Shown here: positions 9,146 to 20,157 of the stretch, piece by piece
Layout: each line of letters opens with the position of its first letter
Position numbering within the stretch: the stretch's first letter is position 1
Origin: an uncultured Gammaproteobacteria bacterium
Lineage (GTDB): Bacteria > Patescibacteriota > Microgenomatia > UBA1406
Assembly (NCBI GenBank): GCA_964414145.1
Contig: CAYPVH010000006.1
Span: 16,357-80,356, forward strand
DNA length: 64,000 nt
Reading direction: 5' to 3'
Program-made: the position numbers and the translations under genes
Notes under the pieces: generated by a model
The model's database searches: none
What the model saw: only the letters and a program-made list of their open reading frames with translations
What the model was told of the DNA's origin: nothing

Positions 9146-9970
9146 ATGAGATTAAAGGTAATATTGGTACTTGTTCTAGTAATAGCTTCAATTGTTGTCA
9201 TTACTCACAAGGAAAACTGTACAAATGCTTTTTCTGTTCAGGATTATACGGAAAGCAAGAAGGGCTCAATAAAGATTTGCGATAAAGCAGTTTATTACAA
9301 CGATTCTAAAATTGTTGATGATAAGGAAAACAGCGAGCTTTTTCACTACAAACTATCCAACAAGATAGAGGACACTAAACAATATGTAAGAATCTTTGAG
9401 GACAATAAGCAAACATATATAGGTATAATCTCAGTAATTGATTATGCATCTTGGTTCAAGTCTACTATTAGCGTATATAAAAAAGAACCAGTCGGATTTA
9501 AGGAAATTTTTAAACTGCCCTTTAAAGATGTACCCGGGAGATTCGCTAAGATTAGTTTTGTTAACTATAACTTGTTTGATTATCACAATATTGAAGTTTC
9601 TGGAGATGTTGGATACTTGGGTTGTTACGGATGTCTTATTAATTGGGTAGACTATTACCGTTGGGATAGCAAAAAACAAAACTTTGTTCTTGTTAACAAT
9701 CAACATAAGCGCGAATTTGAGGATTTACTAAAAAGATTTGAAGAACAAAATCAAAGTGCTTGTTTGGAAACTTCAGGAACTCCGGGAGTAATCTCCGAGT
9801 TATACCCTGCTCGTAAAGATAGTAAGGGTTTTTGTGATGATAGAGCCATTGTTCCTTATATAACTACTAAGCAGGCAAAAACGCTACTACAGGCAATAAG
9901 GGCTGCAAAGTTAATCATTAAGAATGATAATATTTCCAGCAAAGAAGTAAAAAATATTGTAATAGAATAG
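9146..9970 (+). CDS. Secreted / membrane-anchored hypothetical protein
   Basis: MRLKVILVLVLVIASIVVI anchor from ATG 9146; several Cys. Confidence 0.65.
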   Translation: MRLKVILVLVLVIASIVVITHKENCTNAFSVQDYTESKKGSIKICDKAVYYNDSKIVDDKENSELFHYKLSNKIEDTKQYVRIFEDNKQTYIGIISVIDYASWFKSTISVYKKEPVGFKEIFKLPFKDVPGRFAKISFVNYNLFDYHNIEVSGDVGYLGCYGCLINWVDYYRWDSKKQNFVLVNNQHKREFEDLLKRFEEQNQSACLETSGTPGVISELYPARKDSKGFCDDRAIVPYITTKQAKTLLQAIRAAKLIIKNDNISSKEVKNIVIE

Positions 9971-9981
9971 GCTATTTACTT

Positions 9982-10557
9982 TTATCTACTAGGAAAGTAC
10001 TCATTCCAAGGCAAAAGCAAGTCTTCCACATTATGTAACGATTCATCTCGATAGTATTTTCTACTCATTGTTTTAAGAACAAGTTCTGTACATTTTTCAG
10101 ACGCAATCTTAACTCGCTCTGTGAAAAGTTTATTTTCATCAACTGGATCGCTCTTTTTTTCGTTCTGAATATGGATTCTATTTCTTATTTTTCGAAGACT
10201 ATCTAATACCGAATAAAATTTAGTATCCTTTGCATCAAAGAAATCGTTACTTTTGGCGTGTTGGATATATTTATCAAGCTTGTCGATTTCTTTATTCTTT
10301 ATATACTCTATTACTATTTTAGGTACGTTTATTACTCCCTCAAAAGTATGATATTTGATTCTATGATAAAAATCATGTAGAACAGCCTCGTTTATAGACA
10401 TTAACCATATTACAATTGGTTTAATCAAGAGCATTTTAGTTTTTGCATTATCGGAATTATACAAATCATAAAAATGATTTAGAATTTCCAAATTATAAAC
10501 AACATTGTCACCCGTTTTAAAGCTCCCAAAAAAATTAGACTTAATTATGAAAGTCAT
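9982..10557 (-). CDS. HEPN-like protein
   Basis: Helical, LRKIRNRIH motif; ATGA overlap with the methyltransferase gene. Confidence 0.55.
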   Translation of the reverse strand: MTFIIKSNFFGSFKTGDNVVYNLEILNHFYDLYNSDNAKTKMLLIKPIVIWLMSINEAVLHDFYHRIKYHTFEGVINVPKIVIEYIKNKEIDKLDKYIQHAKSNDFFDAKDTKFYSVLDSLRKIRNRIHIQNEKKSDPVDENKLFTERVKIASEKCTELVLKTMSRKYYRDESLHNVEDLLLPWNEYFPSR

Positions 10558-13500
10558 ACTTTTTGGCTTTCGACAATTTTAATTTCTTCTTCAGTTAACT
10601 CATACAATTTATAAACCATTTGGTTGATCTTTTTTTCTAAGTTCACTTGCTCAATAGGTGGATTCTGAGGATCGTAAGAATGTTGTTTTGTTATTTCTAA
10701 AATCTGATCAACTAATTTGACAATTTTATTTTGCTTTGTTTCATCAACAAGTTTTATAGGAGTCTCCTCAAGAGGTTTTCCATAAAGTTCAAGTGAGTTA
10801 CCTTTTTTCTTTCCTCTGTAATAAAACCATAAAAAGTAAAGTTTGCTATTAAGTAGAGCCAATATATATTTAAGTTTGAAACTCTCTCTAAACTCTTCTC
10901 TTAAAGTTGTGATCATTATATCTGATTGTTCATAGTTCTTATCATTCTCGTAAGCAAATATGTTTTTCTTAGCCCTTCTAGAATTAGTTATTTTTTCTTC
11001 TTCGAAATACCACCTATCTCTTGGCCAATGAAGTGAATACCAAGGAATCCTACCGTTTTTACATTCTCGTTTCTCTTGTAATATTTTTTTATATTTTATT
11101 AGGTGCTCTTTCAAATTTGGAAAATCATCCAAGTTATGATCTTTAGTTAAATAGATTATAAAATAGTCTTCTTGTTTTAATATGTAGTATCTAAAGATAT
11201 GAGAATTTTTATAAAATGGATGAACAATTTTTCTCTCTCCATCATTCAAATTAAGATTTTTTAATTCATCTTTATTCAATACGAATATACCCTCACCTTT
11301 AACGCCATTAATTTTGTATTTCTGCATGTGTTTAGTAGTTAAAACATCGGCGCCCGACACAATACCTTGCTTTATATGACAAATATTCCCTAATAGGTAG
11401 CCTACATCTTCTATCTTATTAAGAATCTCATTTGATTTACTTTTTGAAACTCCAATTCCCTCAATTCTTAAATAGTTTTCCACTCCATCATATAAAAATT
11501 TTTGACCAACCTCATAGTAGTTTGTTTTTTTATCGTTTCCAAATAGAATGTTGTTTAATATATTTTCATCTGCTTGTCCCACTTGTTTTGTCAGAATATT
11601 TTTTGACTTCAATAAACGGTCATTATTTTTACTAAAAATAGTTATCATGTTATGTTGACCTAGCGCTGATTTAAATATTTTCAACTCATTAAAATTAATT
11701 AGATTTAGAATAACTGCTCTTTTTTTCAAATCCTCTCTCAATTTTTTAGCACCATATGCTGTGACATAATAATTGGTTGTAATAAAAGCTACATAACTAT
11801 TTTCTTTTGCAATGTTTAAGGCTAAGTGAAAAAAGAAGTAAAACAAATCCATTTTTCCCTGATAAAAGTCATTAAGGTTTCCTTTTGCAATTTCTCTAAA
11901 TATTTCTTTATTTCCCTTTTCTCCAACATAGGGTGGATTTCCAATAACTATATCGAAACCACCTTTTTCTTTAAACACATCACTAAATTCAAGTTTCCAA
12001 ATGAAAAATGGCTTAATATTTTTATGTCTAAGCTTAATTAAATTGTTAAGCTCTTTAATCTTCTTCTGCTCTTTAAATGATTCCTCAATGATTTCCCATT
12101 TTAAGTTATCAATATATTCTTTTAATGTTTGCTTCTTTGTCTTTTGTGATTCATCTACATATTGACTTATCTTATTTTGTAAATCTTCAAGTTTAATTTC
12201 TGAATTTGATTTACCAAAACCAAAAGGCAACTGCTCGGCTTTAAACTCTTTTGATTTCTTAAATATTCCCTCATCAAACAACTTAATTCCTTCATATTCT
12301 GAAATCAGACTATTACCTTGCATTATTTTGTGATCAAGGTTGGGAAGTGGACTTGGAGTAGACTCCTCTACAATAAGAGTTAGCCACAAACGTAGTTTGG
12401 CAATTTCAACTGCTCCTGGGTCTATATCAACTCCATGAATTGAATTAGAAATCGCATGTTTTTTAAGTTGATAGTCGGTTAGTCTTTTATCTAAATAAAT
12501 GTTTAGGATTTTTCTGGCTCTGACAATTTCATTAATCATCCCCAATGGAAAAGCTCCTGAGCCGACAGCTGGATCAGCAACCTTAATGTTCATTAGAAGC
12601 TCATCCAACTCATTTGCCTTTTTTATAATAGATTCAGCCAATAAGAGCTCATATTTGCCAGTATACTTATAACCTCGTTTTTGCTTTTCTCTAATCTTCT
12701 TTAAGGCAACACTATCATTTTCAATAATTCTATCGCCCGTATAAATAAAGCTCTCAATGTCTTTTCTTTCAATCCCTTCAGTTTCAGACTCTAAATAATT
12801 GATCAGACACTCTTGGCACATATAATGCACAATTTCTCTTGGGGTATAAAAGGCACCTTTGCTTTTTCTATCTCTTACTTGGAGTAAATTTTCAAAAACC
12901 TTACCAAGCATTTCTGGATCAACAGCAACTTCTTTTTCTAAAGGTTCATTTTCATTAACAGTGAAGTTATACCTATCAAAAACATCTAAGATTCCGTTAC
13001 CCTTATCTCCATTTTTTGTGGGAATATTATTGGAGAACACTTCATCTGGGATGTCGATGTTGGTAGTTTCCCATGCATAGTCATTCATTGGCTCAAACAA
13101 ACCACCATTTAAAAATGGCATCTTACAATTATTGAGTTTTGGGTAAAATGAATTCTTACCTCTATCCTGAGCTAGTGCTTCATAAAACAATGGCTCTAAT
13201 ACATCATTGAAAAAGTTTTTTCCATATTTTGATCTTCTCTCAAAAAGCTCTCTTAAAAAGTTTTTAGGTCCATCTCCCCAAGACTTATTTGGTGCAACTC
13301 CAAACCAACCTTTCTTTTGAAGAAAATACAAGAAGATAATCTGACCCATTGTCTTCTTTGCAAAATCAACAGTATCGATTTCCTTAGAACTAAACTCATC
13401 TTTAACACTTTCATCATTCAAAATGATTTTCTCTAAATTCTCTTTGAAAACTAAGAAGAGTTCTTTGTATTTTTCAAAGAACTCATTAGTTACGACTTCA

Positions 13501-14060
13501 ATGTCAAACGCAGATTCAAATTCTTCAAGGTTTGGTTTTTGATTGCTTACCAGTAAATTAACAAATCTGCTCTGTGCAGTATGTGTGCCTTCATTTTTCC
13601 CGACCAAAAAAGACCATCTTTTTGCTGGTGTAATTTCTTCTTTAGTAGTAATCTTATTATTTTTAACTTCTAGAGAATGCTCAAGTTTTATAAGTGAGAA
13701 ACGCCAATCATTTTTACTCTGAGGGATAAACGCAACTAGTGCGGCTAGTTTATTATTTGATTTTAAGTAGTCTGCAACGAAATTTCTTTGGGCTGTTCTT
13801 GCTTTATCCAGTGATTTATCATTTGTTAAATTTACTTCTAAAATATCTATCTTTTGTGACTTATTATCCTCAAAATAACCAAGCACTCTATAGTTATCAA
13901 TAAATGACTTGAAAGAATCTTTTACATACGTGTTGTCAACATTTTTATTGACTCTTGTAAAATCTTTTAGCAAATTGCTAATAAAGAGTTGAAATTTACC
14001 ATCAGTAAACTCTGTACTAAAAACTTCTTTTATTATTCTTTTTGCATCACTTTGTTTCAT
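10554..14060 (-). CDS. Type IIG-like (Eco57I/TaqI-C) adenine methyltransferase / RM enzyme
   Basis: FLNGGLF, GAFYTP, DPAVGSGAF (motif I), GNPPY (motif IV), TaqI-C-like YILALLNS. Confidence 0.9.
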   Translation of the reverse strand: MKQSDAKRIIKEVFSTEFTDGKFQLFISNLLKDFTRVNKNVDNTYVKDSFKSFIDNYRVLGYFEDNKSQKIDILEVNLTNDKSLDKARTAQRNFVADYLKSNNKLAALVAFIPQSKNDWRFSLIKLEHSLEVKNNKITTKEEITPAKRWSFLVGKNEGTHTAQSRFVNLLVSNQKPNLEEFESAFDIEVVTNEFFEKYKELFLVFKENLEKIILNDESVKDEFSSKEIDTVDFAKKTMGQIIFLYFLQKKGWFGVAPNKSWGDGPKNFLRELFERRSKYGKNFFNDVLEPLFYEALAQDRGKNSFYPKLNNCKMPFLNGGLFEPMNDYAWETTNIDIPDEVFSNNIPTKNGDKGNGILDVFDRYNFTVNENEPLEKEVAVDPEMLGKVFENLLQVRDRKSKGAFYTPREIVHYMCQECLINYLESETEGIERKDIESFIYTGDRIIENDSVALKKIREKQKRGYKYTGKYELLLAESIIKKANELDELLMNIKVADPAVGSGAFPLGMINEIVRARKILNIYLDKRLTDYQLKKHAISNSIHGVDIDPGAVEIAKLRLWLTLIVEESTPSPLPNLDHKIMQGNSLISEYEGIKLFDEGIFKKSKEFKAEQLPFGFGKSNSEIKLEDLQNKISQYVDESQKTKKQTLKEYIDNLKWEIIEESFKEQKKIKELNNLIKLRHKNIKPFFIWKLEFSDVFKEKGGFDIVIGNPPYVGEKGNKEIFREIAKGNLNDFYQGKMDLFYFFFHLALNIAKENSYVAFITTNYYVTAYGAKKLREDLKKRAVILNLINFNELKIFKSALGQHNMITIFSKNNDRLLKSKNILTKQVGQADENILNNILFGNDKKTNYYEVGQKFLYDGVENYLRIEGIGVSKSKSNEILNKIEDVGYLLGNICHIKQGIVSGADVLTTKHMQKYKINGVKGEGIFVLNKDELKNLNLNDGERKIVHPFYKNSHIFRYYILKQEDYFIIYLTKDHNLDDFPNLKEHLIKYKKILQEKRECKNGRIPWYSLHWPRDRWYFEEEKITNSRRAKKNIFAYENDKNYEQSDIMITTLREEFRESFKLKYILALLNSKLYFLWFYYRGKKKGNSLELYGKPLEETPIKLVDETKQNKIVKLVDQILEITKQHSYDPQNPPIEQVNLEKKINQMVYKLYELTEEEIKIVESQKV

Positions 14061-14064
14061 AAAA

Positions 14065-17000
14065 TTAGTTACCTATAAAATATTCTGAGAGAATAATTTC
14101 CTTTTTTGCAGAAGCGTTCATATTTATTCCATTATCTGAATCTTCTAAAAATTCTGATGGAAGAGTAGTTTTTAAAATCCCCAAAATCTTGATTGGATTA
14201 TTAATAATCTCAATATTTTGAGATAGCTCTTGATAAATTTTCTGAGTTACTTTTTTAGGGATGCCTCCGTTATTAAGTTCAATGATAACTCTTCGCACAT
14301 ATTCTTCGTCATCTTCAGTAAACTTTTCATAATTTTTTACTTGCTTAGCATTTAAGATTTTAAAAAGCCTAGCGGCATTATCTCTACTTCCTCTTTTGGT
14401 TGAAAATTCATTCTCTTCATAATCTTCTACCTGATTTAACATCGAAAGATTCTTTTCAAGTAATTGGTAGAATAACTCATCAATTGTCATTTTCTTTTCG
14501 CTAACATTGGCATGCAATGTCTTTGCTGCTTCAATAAAGTCTATTTCAAGCGCATCAGTAGAAAAAGAGCTTTCGACAATAAAGAATTTCTGAATTTTTC
14601 CTTTTCTAAAGTATGTTAAAAGCTCTGTTTTATAATTCTGTGACTTTCTTGCAGTGCGAGCTTTCTTGGGGAGTCTTTTTATTTTTGCAAACAGTTTGGG
14701 ATCATTATCTCTGATATCTCTGATTTCTCGTAAGTATCCCAAGTAGCTTTTTTCATTTTGATCTTCTCCCTCAATCATTTCTTTTGAAAGTATTCGACTA
14801 AATAAACTATGTCCTTCTGGAACTTCATCGTCTGTAAGAAGCTTTGCATCAGCACCCAGTAAAGTAATAAATGCTTGAATTTTTGCTTCGGCTAGTTCTT
14901 TTAGTTTAATTTGCTCGTTGGACTGCTCAGTAGGGAATAAAGTATAGGTATAAATTTCTTTATGCTTGGTATCGACTCTATTTATACGGCCCACTCTTTG
15001 CATAATCTTGGTGGGATTCCAAGGAATATCGTAATTAATTACAACATTGGCTTGATGAAGGTTAGCACCTTCAGATAAAACGTCAGTAGTTATTAAAACT
15101 TTATAGTCATTTTTTATGACTCTGGAATTTGCATCAAAATTTTCCATCACAATTTCTCTCTCTGCTAGAGAACTACCACCTGAAAAATAAATGATTTGGT
15201 CTGGAAAAATATCTTGCAGGTTTTTTAGTAGGTATTCTGCCGTCTCTTTTGATTCAGTAAAAATAATAGACTTACCACTTTTTACTGGTTCTTCTAAAGA
15301 TAGTTTTTCTTTAAAAGCTAGAATCTTGGGATCCCTAGAGATATTAGCCCAAAGTTTCTTTATATTTCTCAAAATTTCTAAATCTTTTTGTAAATTCGTA
15401 ATATATTTTTCAGTGAAATCCTTAGACTTAAATTTTTCAGCTTTATTATTTTCTACTAATTTGTCGATAGATTCTAAATTTCCTTCATCTAAATAGTCAA
15501 ATATTTTTTGTATATGGCTTCTACTGACATATACACTTCCATTTTCATATGTTTTAATAAATTTTTCGTAGGAAGAAATAAATCGATCAATTGTTTTATT
15601 AAAAGCGTAAAAGCTACTTTCCAGTCTTTTTATCAACAGCATTTTCATGAATTTCATCATGTTTTTCTGTTTCTGTTTTTCTTGGTTAGTAATTCCTTTG
15701 TAGTATAAAAGAGGAGTGTAGCGTGAGTACTTAAAATCATTAGTAATTATTTTTAAAGTTTCAAAAAAAACAGCGTCTTCTTCTTTGCTAAATTCGTAAA
15801 ATATTGGTGCAGGATCAGCAATTTTAGGAAAACTCATTTTTCGATTTTGCAGATCATCACCATAATATTTAATAATTTCTGTTCGGGTTCTTCTTACCAT
15901 TAAATATTTAAGAACTTTTTCCCTAATCAACCTAGAATTTTCTTTTGTTACATCAATGTATCTTTGCTTATCTCTCTTTCGATCTAGATCCTTTAATTTA
16001 TTATCCAAAACCTTAAAAAATCCTTCTAAATTCGGCAAGTTAGGAATGGTACTTTGCTTTGATCTTTGAAAGAGTTTTATTTGAGACAGTAGGTCTTTTG
16101 GTGAGTTATTATATGGAGTAGCTGTAACAAGAATAACCTTTTTCCCTCGGCATATTTGAGCAAGCTTTGCATAGGTTTCAGTTTCTTCTGTGCGGAATCG
16201 ATGTGATTCATCAACTAAAACTATATTATATTCTTTATGTAAATTTTTATCGATAATTTTATCCAGCATTCCAATTGATTCACATCTATAGTCTTTAGAT
16301 CTAAAACCAAAGTTTTTAAAAGAATTTTTCCAGCTACCTTCGTTATTTTCATCAATCAAGTGCGGAGGTGCTAATACCAAAATTCTACCTGCTAGCTCTT
16401 GGCAAAGCATAGTACCCATATATGTTTTGCCAAGACCAACAACATCAGACAAAAATACACCACCATACTCGTCAACAATTTTCTTTGCGTTGATAACAGC
16501 ATGATCTTGATATTTCAGTTCTTTGAAATTATCTGGTCTGTAATTGTGACTTAGATTTTCTTCTTCATTAATTTCTTCTCTGAAGTATTCATAGAGAAAT
16601 TTCAGATAGAGTTCGTATGGTGTAATGTCTTCTCTAATCCAAGTATCCTTTTCAATTGTCTCAATATATTTTTCACAAACATCAATGCCATGTTCCCAAA
16701 GTTCATTAAATTTATTCAATGCAAATTTGTAGTCTGAAGGGTTTTTAAGCTCAACATTAAATTCTAAGTTATCTATCAAACCACTTTGTGTAAAATTACT
16801 GGAACCAGTAATGACTCTCCCAAGATCTCGATCATCTTCATTAAAGGTCATTATGTAGAGTTTTGAATGAATTTTTTCTTCAGGGTAAGCTCTTATTTCA
16901 AGCTTTCCAGACTTTGCCCATTCAAGAAACTTATGTACTCCTGTCTCAACTTCATGGTTGTTTTCACTCTTATCCATCTCATTTTTAATACTCTCACCAA

Positions 17001-17250
17001 TATCATCACCAATTTCCTTGTAGGATTTTGAGACTTGAATAAGATCGTAAGTTTGCTTATTGGTACTGATTCCGATTAAGATTCTAATCTTTTCAGTTTT
17101 TTCGAGCTGAGGGTATATAGCGTAAAAACCACTGGTATAGAAATAACCAACTAAAATATCAAATAGACGAGTATCTTTGACCAAAACATTAAATCTACTT
17201 TTTAGGTTTTCACCATTCTCATTAGTAATAAATGTTAAGTCTGTACTCAT
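14065..17250 (-). CDS. PLD-nuclease + SNF2-family helicase
   Basis: IHSKLY...GSSNFT PLD motif; DVVGLGKT, DESH, TATP, QRVGRINR helicase motifs. Confidence 0.9.
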   Translation of the reverse strand: MSTDLTFITNENGENLKSRFNVLVKDTRLFDILVGYFYTSGFYAIYPQLEKTEKIRILIGISTNKQTYDLIQVSKSYKEIGDDIGESIKNEMDKSENNHEVETGVHKFLEWAKSGKLEIRAYPEEKIHSKLYIMTFNEDDRDLGRVITGSSNFTQSGLIDNLEFNVELKNPSDYKFALNKFNELWEHGIDVCEKYIETIEKDTWIREDITPYELYLKFLYEYFREEINEEENLSHNYRPDNFKELKYQDHAVINAKKIVDEYGGVFLSDVVGLGKTYMGTMLCQELAGRILVLAPPHLIDENNEGSWKNSFKNFGFRSKDYRCESIGMLDKIIDKNLHKEYNIVLVDESHRFRTEETETYAKLAQICRGKKVILVTATPYNNSPKDLLSQIKLFQRSKQSTIPNLPNLEGFFKVLDNKLKDLDRKRDKQRYIDVTKENSRLIREKVLKYLMVRRTRTEIIKYYGDDLQNRKMSFPKIADPAPIFYEFSKEEDAVFFETLKIITNDFKYSRYTPLLYYKGITNQEKQKQKNMMKFMKMLLIKRLESSFYAFNKTIDRFISSYEKFIKTYENGSVYVSRSHIQKIFDYLDEGNLESIDKLVENNKAEKFKSKDFTEKYITNLQKDLEILRNIKKLWANISRDPKILAFKEKLSLEEPVKSGKSIIFTESKETAEYLLKNLQDIFPDQIIYFSGGSSLAEREIVMENFDANSRVIKNDYKVLITTDVLSEGANLHQANVVINYDIPWNPTKIMQRVGRINRVDTKHKEIYTYTLFPTEQSNEQIKLKELAEAKIQAFITLLGADAKLLTDDEVPEGHSLFSRILSKEMIEGEDQNEKSYLGYLREIRDIRDNDPKLFAKIKRLPKKARTARKSQNYKTELLTYFRKGKIQKFFIVESSFSTDALEIDFIEAAKTLHANVSEKKMTIDELFYQLLEKNLSMLNQVEDYEENEFSTKRGSRDNAARLFKILNAKQVKNYEKFTEDDEEYVRRVIIELNNGGIPKKVTQKIYQELSQNIEIINNPIKILGILKTTLPSEFLEDSDNGINMNASAKKEIILSEYFIGN

Positions 17251-17499
17251 ATTTACATCCTTTTCTATATAGGTTATTCTTAACTAAATTCAATTGAACT
17301 CACATTCAATTATAAAACAAATGCTTTTACTTTTATATTATATGTGTGTGATTGCTCTGGGCCCAAAGCTTTTCACATAAATCTTTCTTTGAATTCAAAC
17401 TTAATAATCACATAAATTTTATTAACCTATAGGACTATTATAACTTAGTTTTAACAAAAAATACTCATTGGGAGAGAAAAAAAATAATTAAAAAAACAC

Positions 17500-17639
17500 T
17501 ATAATATTAATAATGTGATGAATTTGGTGTTCACCAAATTTAAGCGGTTATTGAAAACCACTGAATCACATCTCTTCAAATAATGAAAAATGAAAAATGA
17601 ATGAGGTGTGAGGTGTAGTTTTTAGTAGCCGCTTTTTTT
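17500..17639 (+). promoter_or_regulatory. Structured 5' leader (long G-U-containing hairpin + U tract) upstream of ParB-MTase
   Basis: TATAAT 17500; palindrome 17521-17540; 17542-17558 pairs with 17618-17634 and 17566-17574 with 17603-17611; T tract follows. Confidence 0.6.
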
Positions 17640-17693
17640 GTTGCTGCTAAAACTTAGAAAGTAAGTGAGTTATTAACAGTTACTAGTTTAAAT

Positions 17694-19022
17694 ATGGAAA
17701 ACAAAACGAAACTTAATGTCGAATATGTCGACATAAACAAACTAAAAGCAGCGGAATATAATCCACGAAGATGGGAAAAAGCTGCAGTTACAAGTTTAAC
17801 TAAAAGCATTCAGAAACATGGCTTAGTAGACCCTGTTATAGCAAACAGCTTTCAGGAAAGATATGGAGTAGTTATTGGCGGACACTTTCGCTTAAAGGTT
17901 GCAAAGGACTTAGGTTACAAACAAATTCCAGTTGTCTGGCTAAATATTTCAGAGATTGAAAAGGAGAAAGATTTAAATCTGAGACTAAATAAGGCAGTTG
18001 GAGATTGGGACTGGGATTTATTGAAAAGCTTTGATGAGAATCTGCTTTCAGACATTGGTTTCTCCTCTGAGGAGCTCGATAAAATCTTTGATTTTGATAA
18101 CCCTGAGTTGTTTGATCTTAATAAAGAATTAGAAAAGCTGAATATAAAGGAAGTTAATACTAAAAAGGGAGATATTTATCAGCTGGGAGAGTCAAGATTA
18201 ATGTGTGGTGACAGTACAGTTGAAAGTGATGTTTTGAAGCTGATGAATGGAGAGAAGGCAGATCTGTGCCTAACAGACCCGCCATATATACTAGACTACC
18301 TTAATGGCAAGCAAAGACATGGGAAACCAACCGTTGGTTTTGGGGCAAAGAAAAACCGAAGGTATCTGGAGACGGATATTTTGCCTCCTGACTTTACTGA
18401 GAAATGGATGGCTAATATTAGCAAAGTACAAAATAAAGACTTTTCCATAATAGTATATGAGAACTGGAAAAACATAAGAACTATATGGGGTGAAATGGAG
18501 AAATACTGGAAGGTAAGAAATATGATTGTCTGGCATTTGCCAAATAGAGTTCAAGGCTTCTCAGCTAAAAGCAAGTTTTTCAATAAACACGATATTGCAA
18601 TGGTTGGAACAAGCATTAACTCAATTGATTTAAATAATGAGCAGGAAGAAGAGCTTCTTCAAAACGAATATGAGACAGCTCTCTTTGCAATATCAGGCAA
18701 GGCATACTGGGAACCATATAAAAAGGGGAAAAAACATTGCCCAACAGACTTTATTGAATACAAAGCAAGCGACGAAAAATCCTCAGGGCAAGGAGTGATC
18801 TTCGGTACAAAACCAATAGATATATTAGTTCCATATATTAAGGTATTAAGTAGAAGGGGCGATCTATTAATTGAACCTTTCTCCGGAAGCGGCAGTACTT
18901 TAATTGCAGCAACAAAGTTAAAAAGAAGGTGTTATGGTATGGAAAAGTCTCCTGTGTATTGTGAAGTAATTATTAAACGTTTTGAAAAGTTTACCGGACT
19001 GAGAGCTAAAAAAATAACATGA
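17694..19022 (+). CDS. ParB-like N-terminal domain + N4/N6 DNA methyltransferase
   Basis: YNPR and IGGHFR (ParB/Srx); CGDS, TDPPY, KP, EPFSGSGST. Confidence 0.9.
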   Translation: MENKTKLNVEYVDINKLKAAEYNPRRWEKAAVTSLTKSIQKHGLVDPVIANSFQERYGVVIGGHFRLKVAKDLGYKQIPVVWLNISEIEKEKDLNLRLNKAVGDWDWDLLKSFDENLLSDIGFSSEELDKIFDFDNPELFDLNKELEKLNIKEVNTKKGDIYQLGESRLMCGDSTVESDVLKLMNGEKADLCLTDPPYILDYLNGKQRHGKPTVGFGAKKNRRYLETDILPPDFTEKWMANISKVQNKDFSIIVYENWKNIRTIWGEMEKYWKVRNMIVWHLPNRVQGFSAKSKFFNKHDIAMVGTSINSIDLNNEQEEELLQNEYETALFAISGKAYWEPYKKGKKHCPTDFIEYKASDEKSSGQGVIFGTKPIDILVPYIKVLSRRGDLLIEPFSGSGSTLIAATKLKRRCYGMEKSPVYCEVIIKRFEKFTGLRAKKIT

Positions 19023-19534
19023 AAAGCATAGAGAAAAGAATCAGTAGAAACAAAAGAGAGCTTCTAAAACATTTAGAGACTATGCCAATTGTTCAGATTG
19101 CCTGCAAGAAGGAAGGTGTTGGCCGATCAACTTACTATCGTTGGCGAAAAGAAGATCCAGTGTTTTGTAGAGAAGCAGACAAAGCACTTTCGCAGGGTAA
19201 AGCACTGATGAATGATTTAGCAGAAAGTAAGTTATTAACTGGAGTAAAAGAGCAGAATATGACTGCAATAATATTTTGGTTGAAGAATAATCACCCTAAT
19301 TATATGAGTTCTTTTAACAAACTAAATAAGGATCAAATGGAAACTCTACTAGACATATTTGTCAATGCATCAACAATTAATAATTACAACAGTTTAAAAA
19401 AGATATTTAACCTAGAGATACCAGTTAAAATAATACGTCCAGTATTAAGCCTGTTAAAAATCATTGTCAGTAACAAAAGAGAGAATAATAACTACAGAAA
19501 ATTAAAATTATTGTCTGAACTCAAAGGAAAATGA
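19019..19534 (+). CDS. HTH protein, terminase-small-subunit-like
   Basis: IACKKEGVGRSTYYRWRKEDPVF and AIIFWLKN pattern. Confidence 0.65.
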   Translation: MKSIEKRISRNKRELLKHLETMPIVQIACKKEGVGRSTYYRWRKEDPVFCREADKALSQGKALMNDLAESKLLTGVKEQNMTAIIFWLKNNHPNYMSSFNKLNKDQMETLLDIFVNASTINNYNSLKKIFNLEIPVKIIRPVLSLLKIIVSNKRENNNYRKLKLLSELKGK

Positions 19535-20157
19535 CAAACAAGTCTATATTCAGCAAATTCAAGTTAACAACTAAGGAAAAAGTAATTCTTACATATCTTA
19601 AAATTGAAGAAAAAAATAAGATTGTTAATCCGTATGAATTTAATATGTTAGCAGGAATTAAATCAAAAGAAGAAAAAATATCGTTTAAAAAGTGGGTTGT
19701 TGTACTAAGATATTTATTAGAGAATGATTCGACTGCAATAACATACTTCTACAAAATCTTATATCTTCACAATGTTTTACAAATAAAAAGTCAAAACAAA
19801 TCGATTACAGAGGGTATGAAAGATGCATATAAAGGATTTTTTCTTTCAGTTGCTATTTCATATTCACTCTCGCTTCTTTTTAAACGCTTAATTAATTTGA
19901 AAACATCAAAATTAATAATAGCAGTTAGGCCACTTGATGAAGGTAAGCTAGATATATCAAAAAACAAAACAAGGTTCTATAAAGAATATATTAATTATCA
20001 AAATAATATTTCAAATAGTGTTATAGATGTACTTGGAGATATTTCATATAAGTTAGAAAAGTATGAGTATATATCTGAGGCTTTAATATGCAGGTATGCA
20101 GATGAGACAATAGACTATTTAAACAGTTATGTTTTACCCTTTACAAAAAAACCTTAA
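19531..20157 (+). CDS. Hypothetical protein
   Basis: 208 aa, ATGA-coupled to the upstream gene. Confidence 0.55.
   Translation: MTNKSIFSKFKLTTKEKVILTYLKIEEKNKIVNPYEFNMLAGIKSKEEKISFKKWVVVLRYLLENDSTAITYFYKILYLHNVLQIKSQNKSITEGMKDAYKGFFLSVAISYSLSLLFKRLINLKTSKLIIAVRPLDEGKLDISKNKTRFYKEYINYQNNISNSVIDVLGDISYKLEKYEYISEALICRYADETIDYLNSYVLPFTKKP

Noticed and set aside
10554-17250. Complete DISARM or BREX system
   Set aside because: No DrmA/DrmB (DUF1998), PglZ or BrxC-like genes seen.
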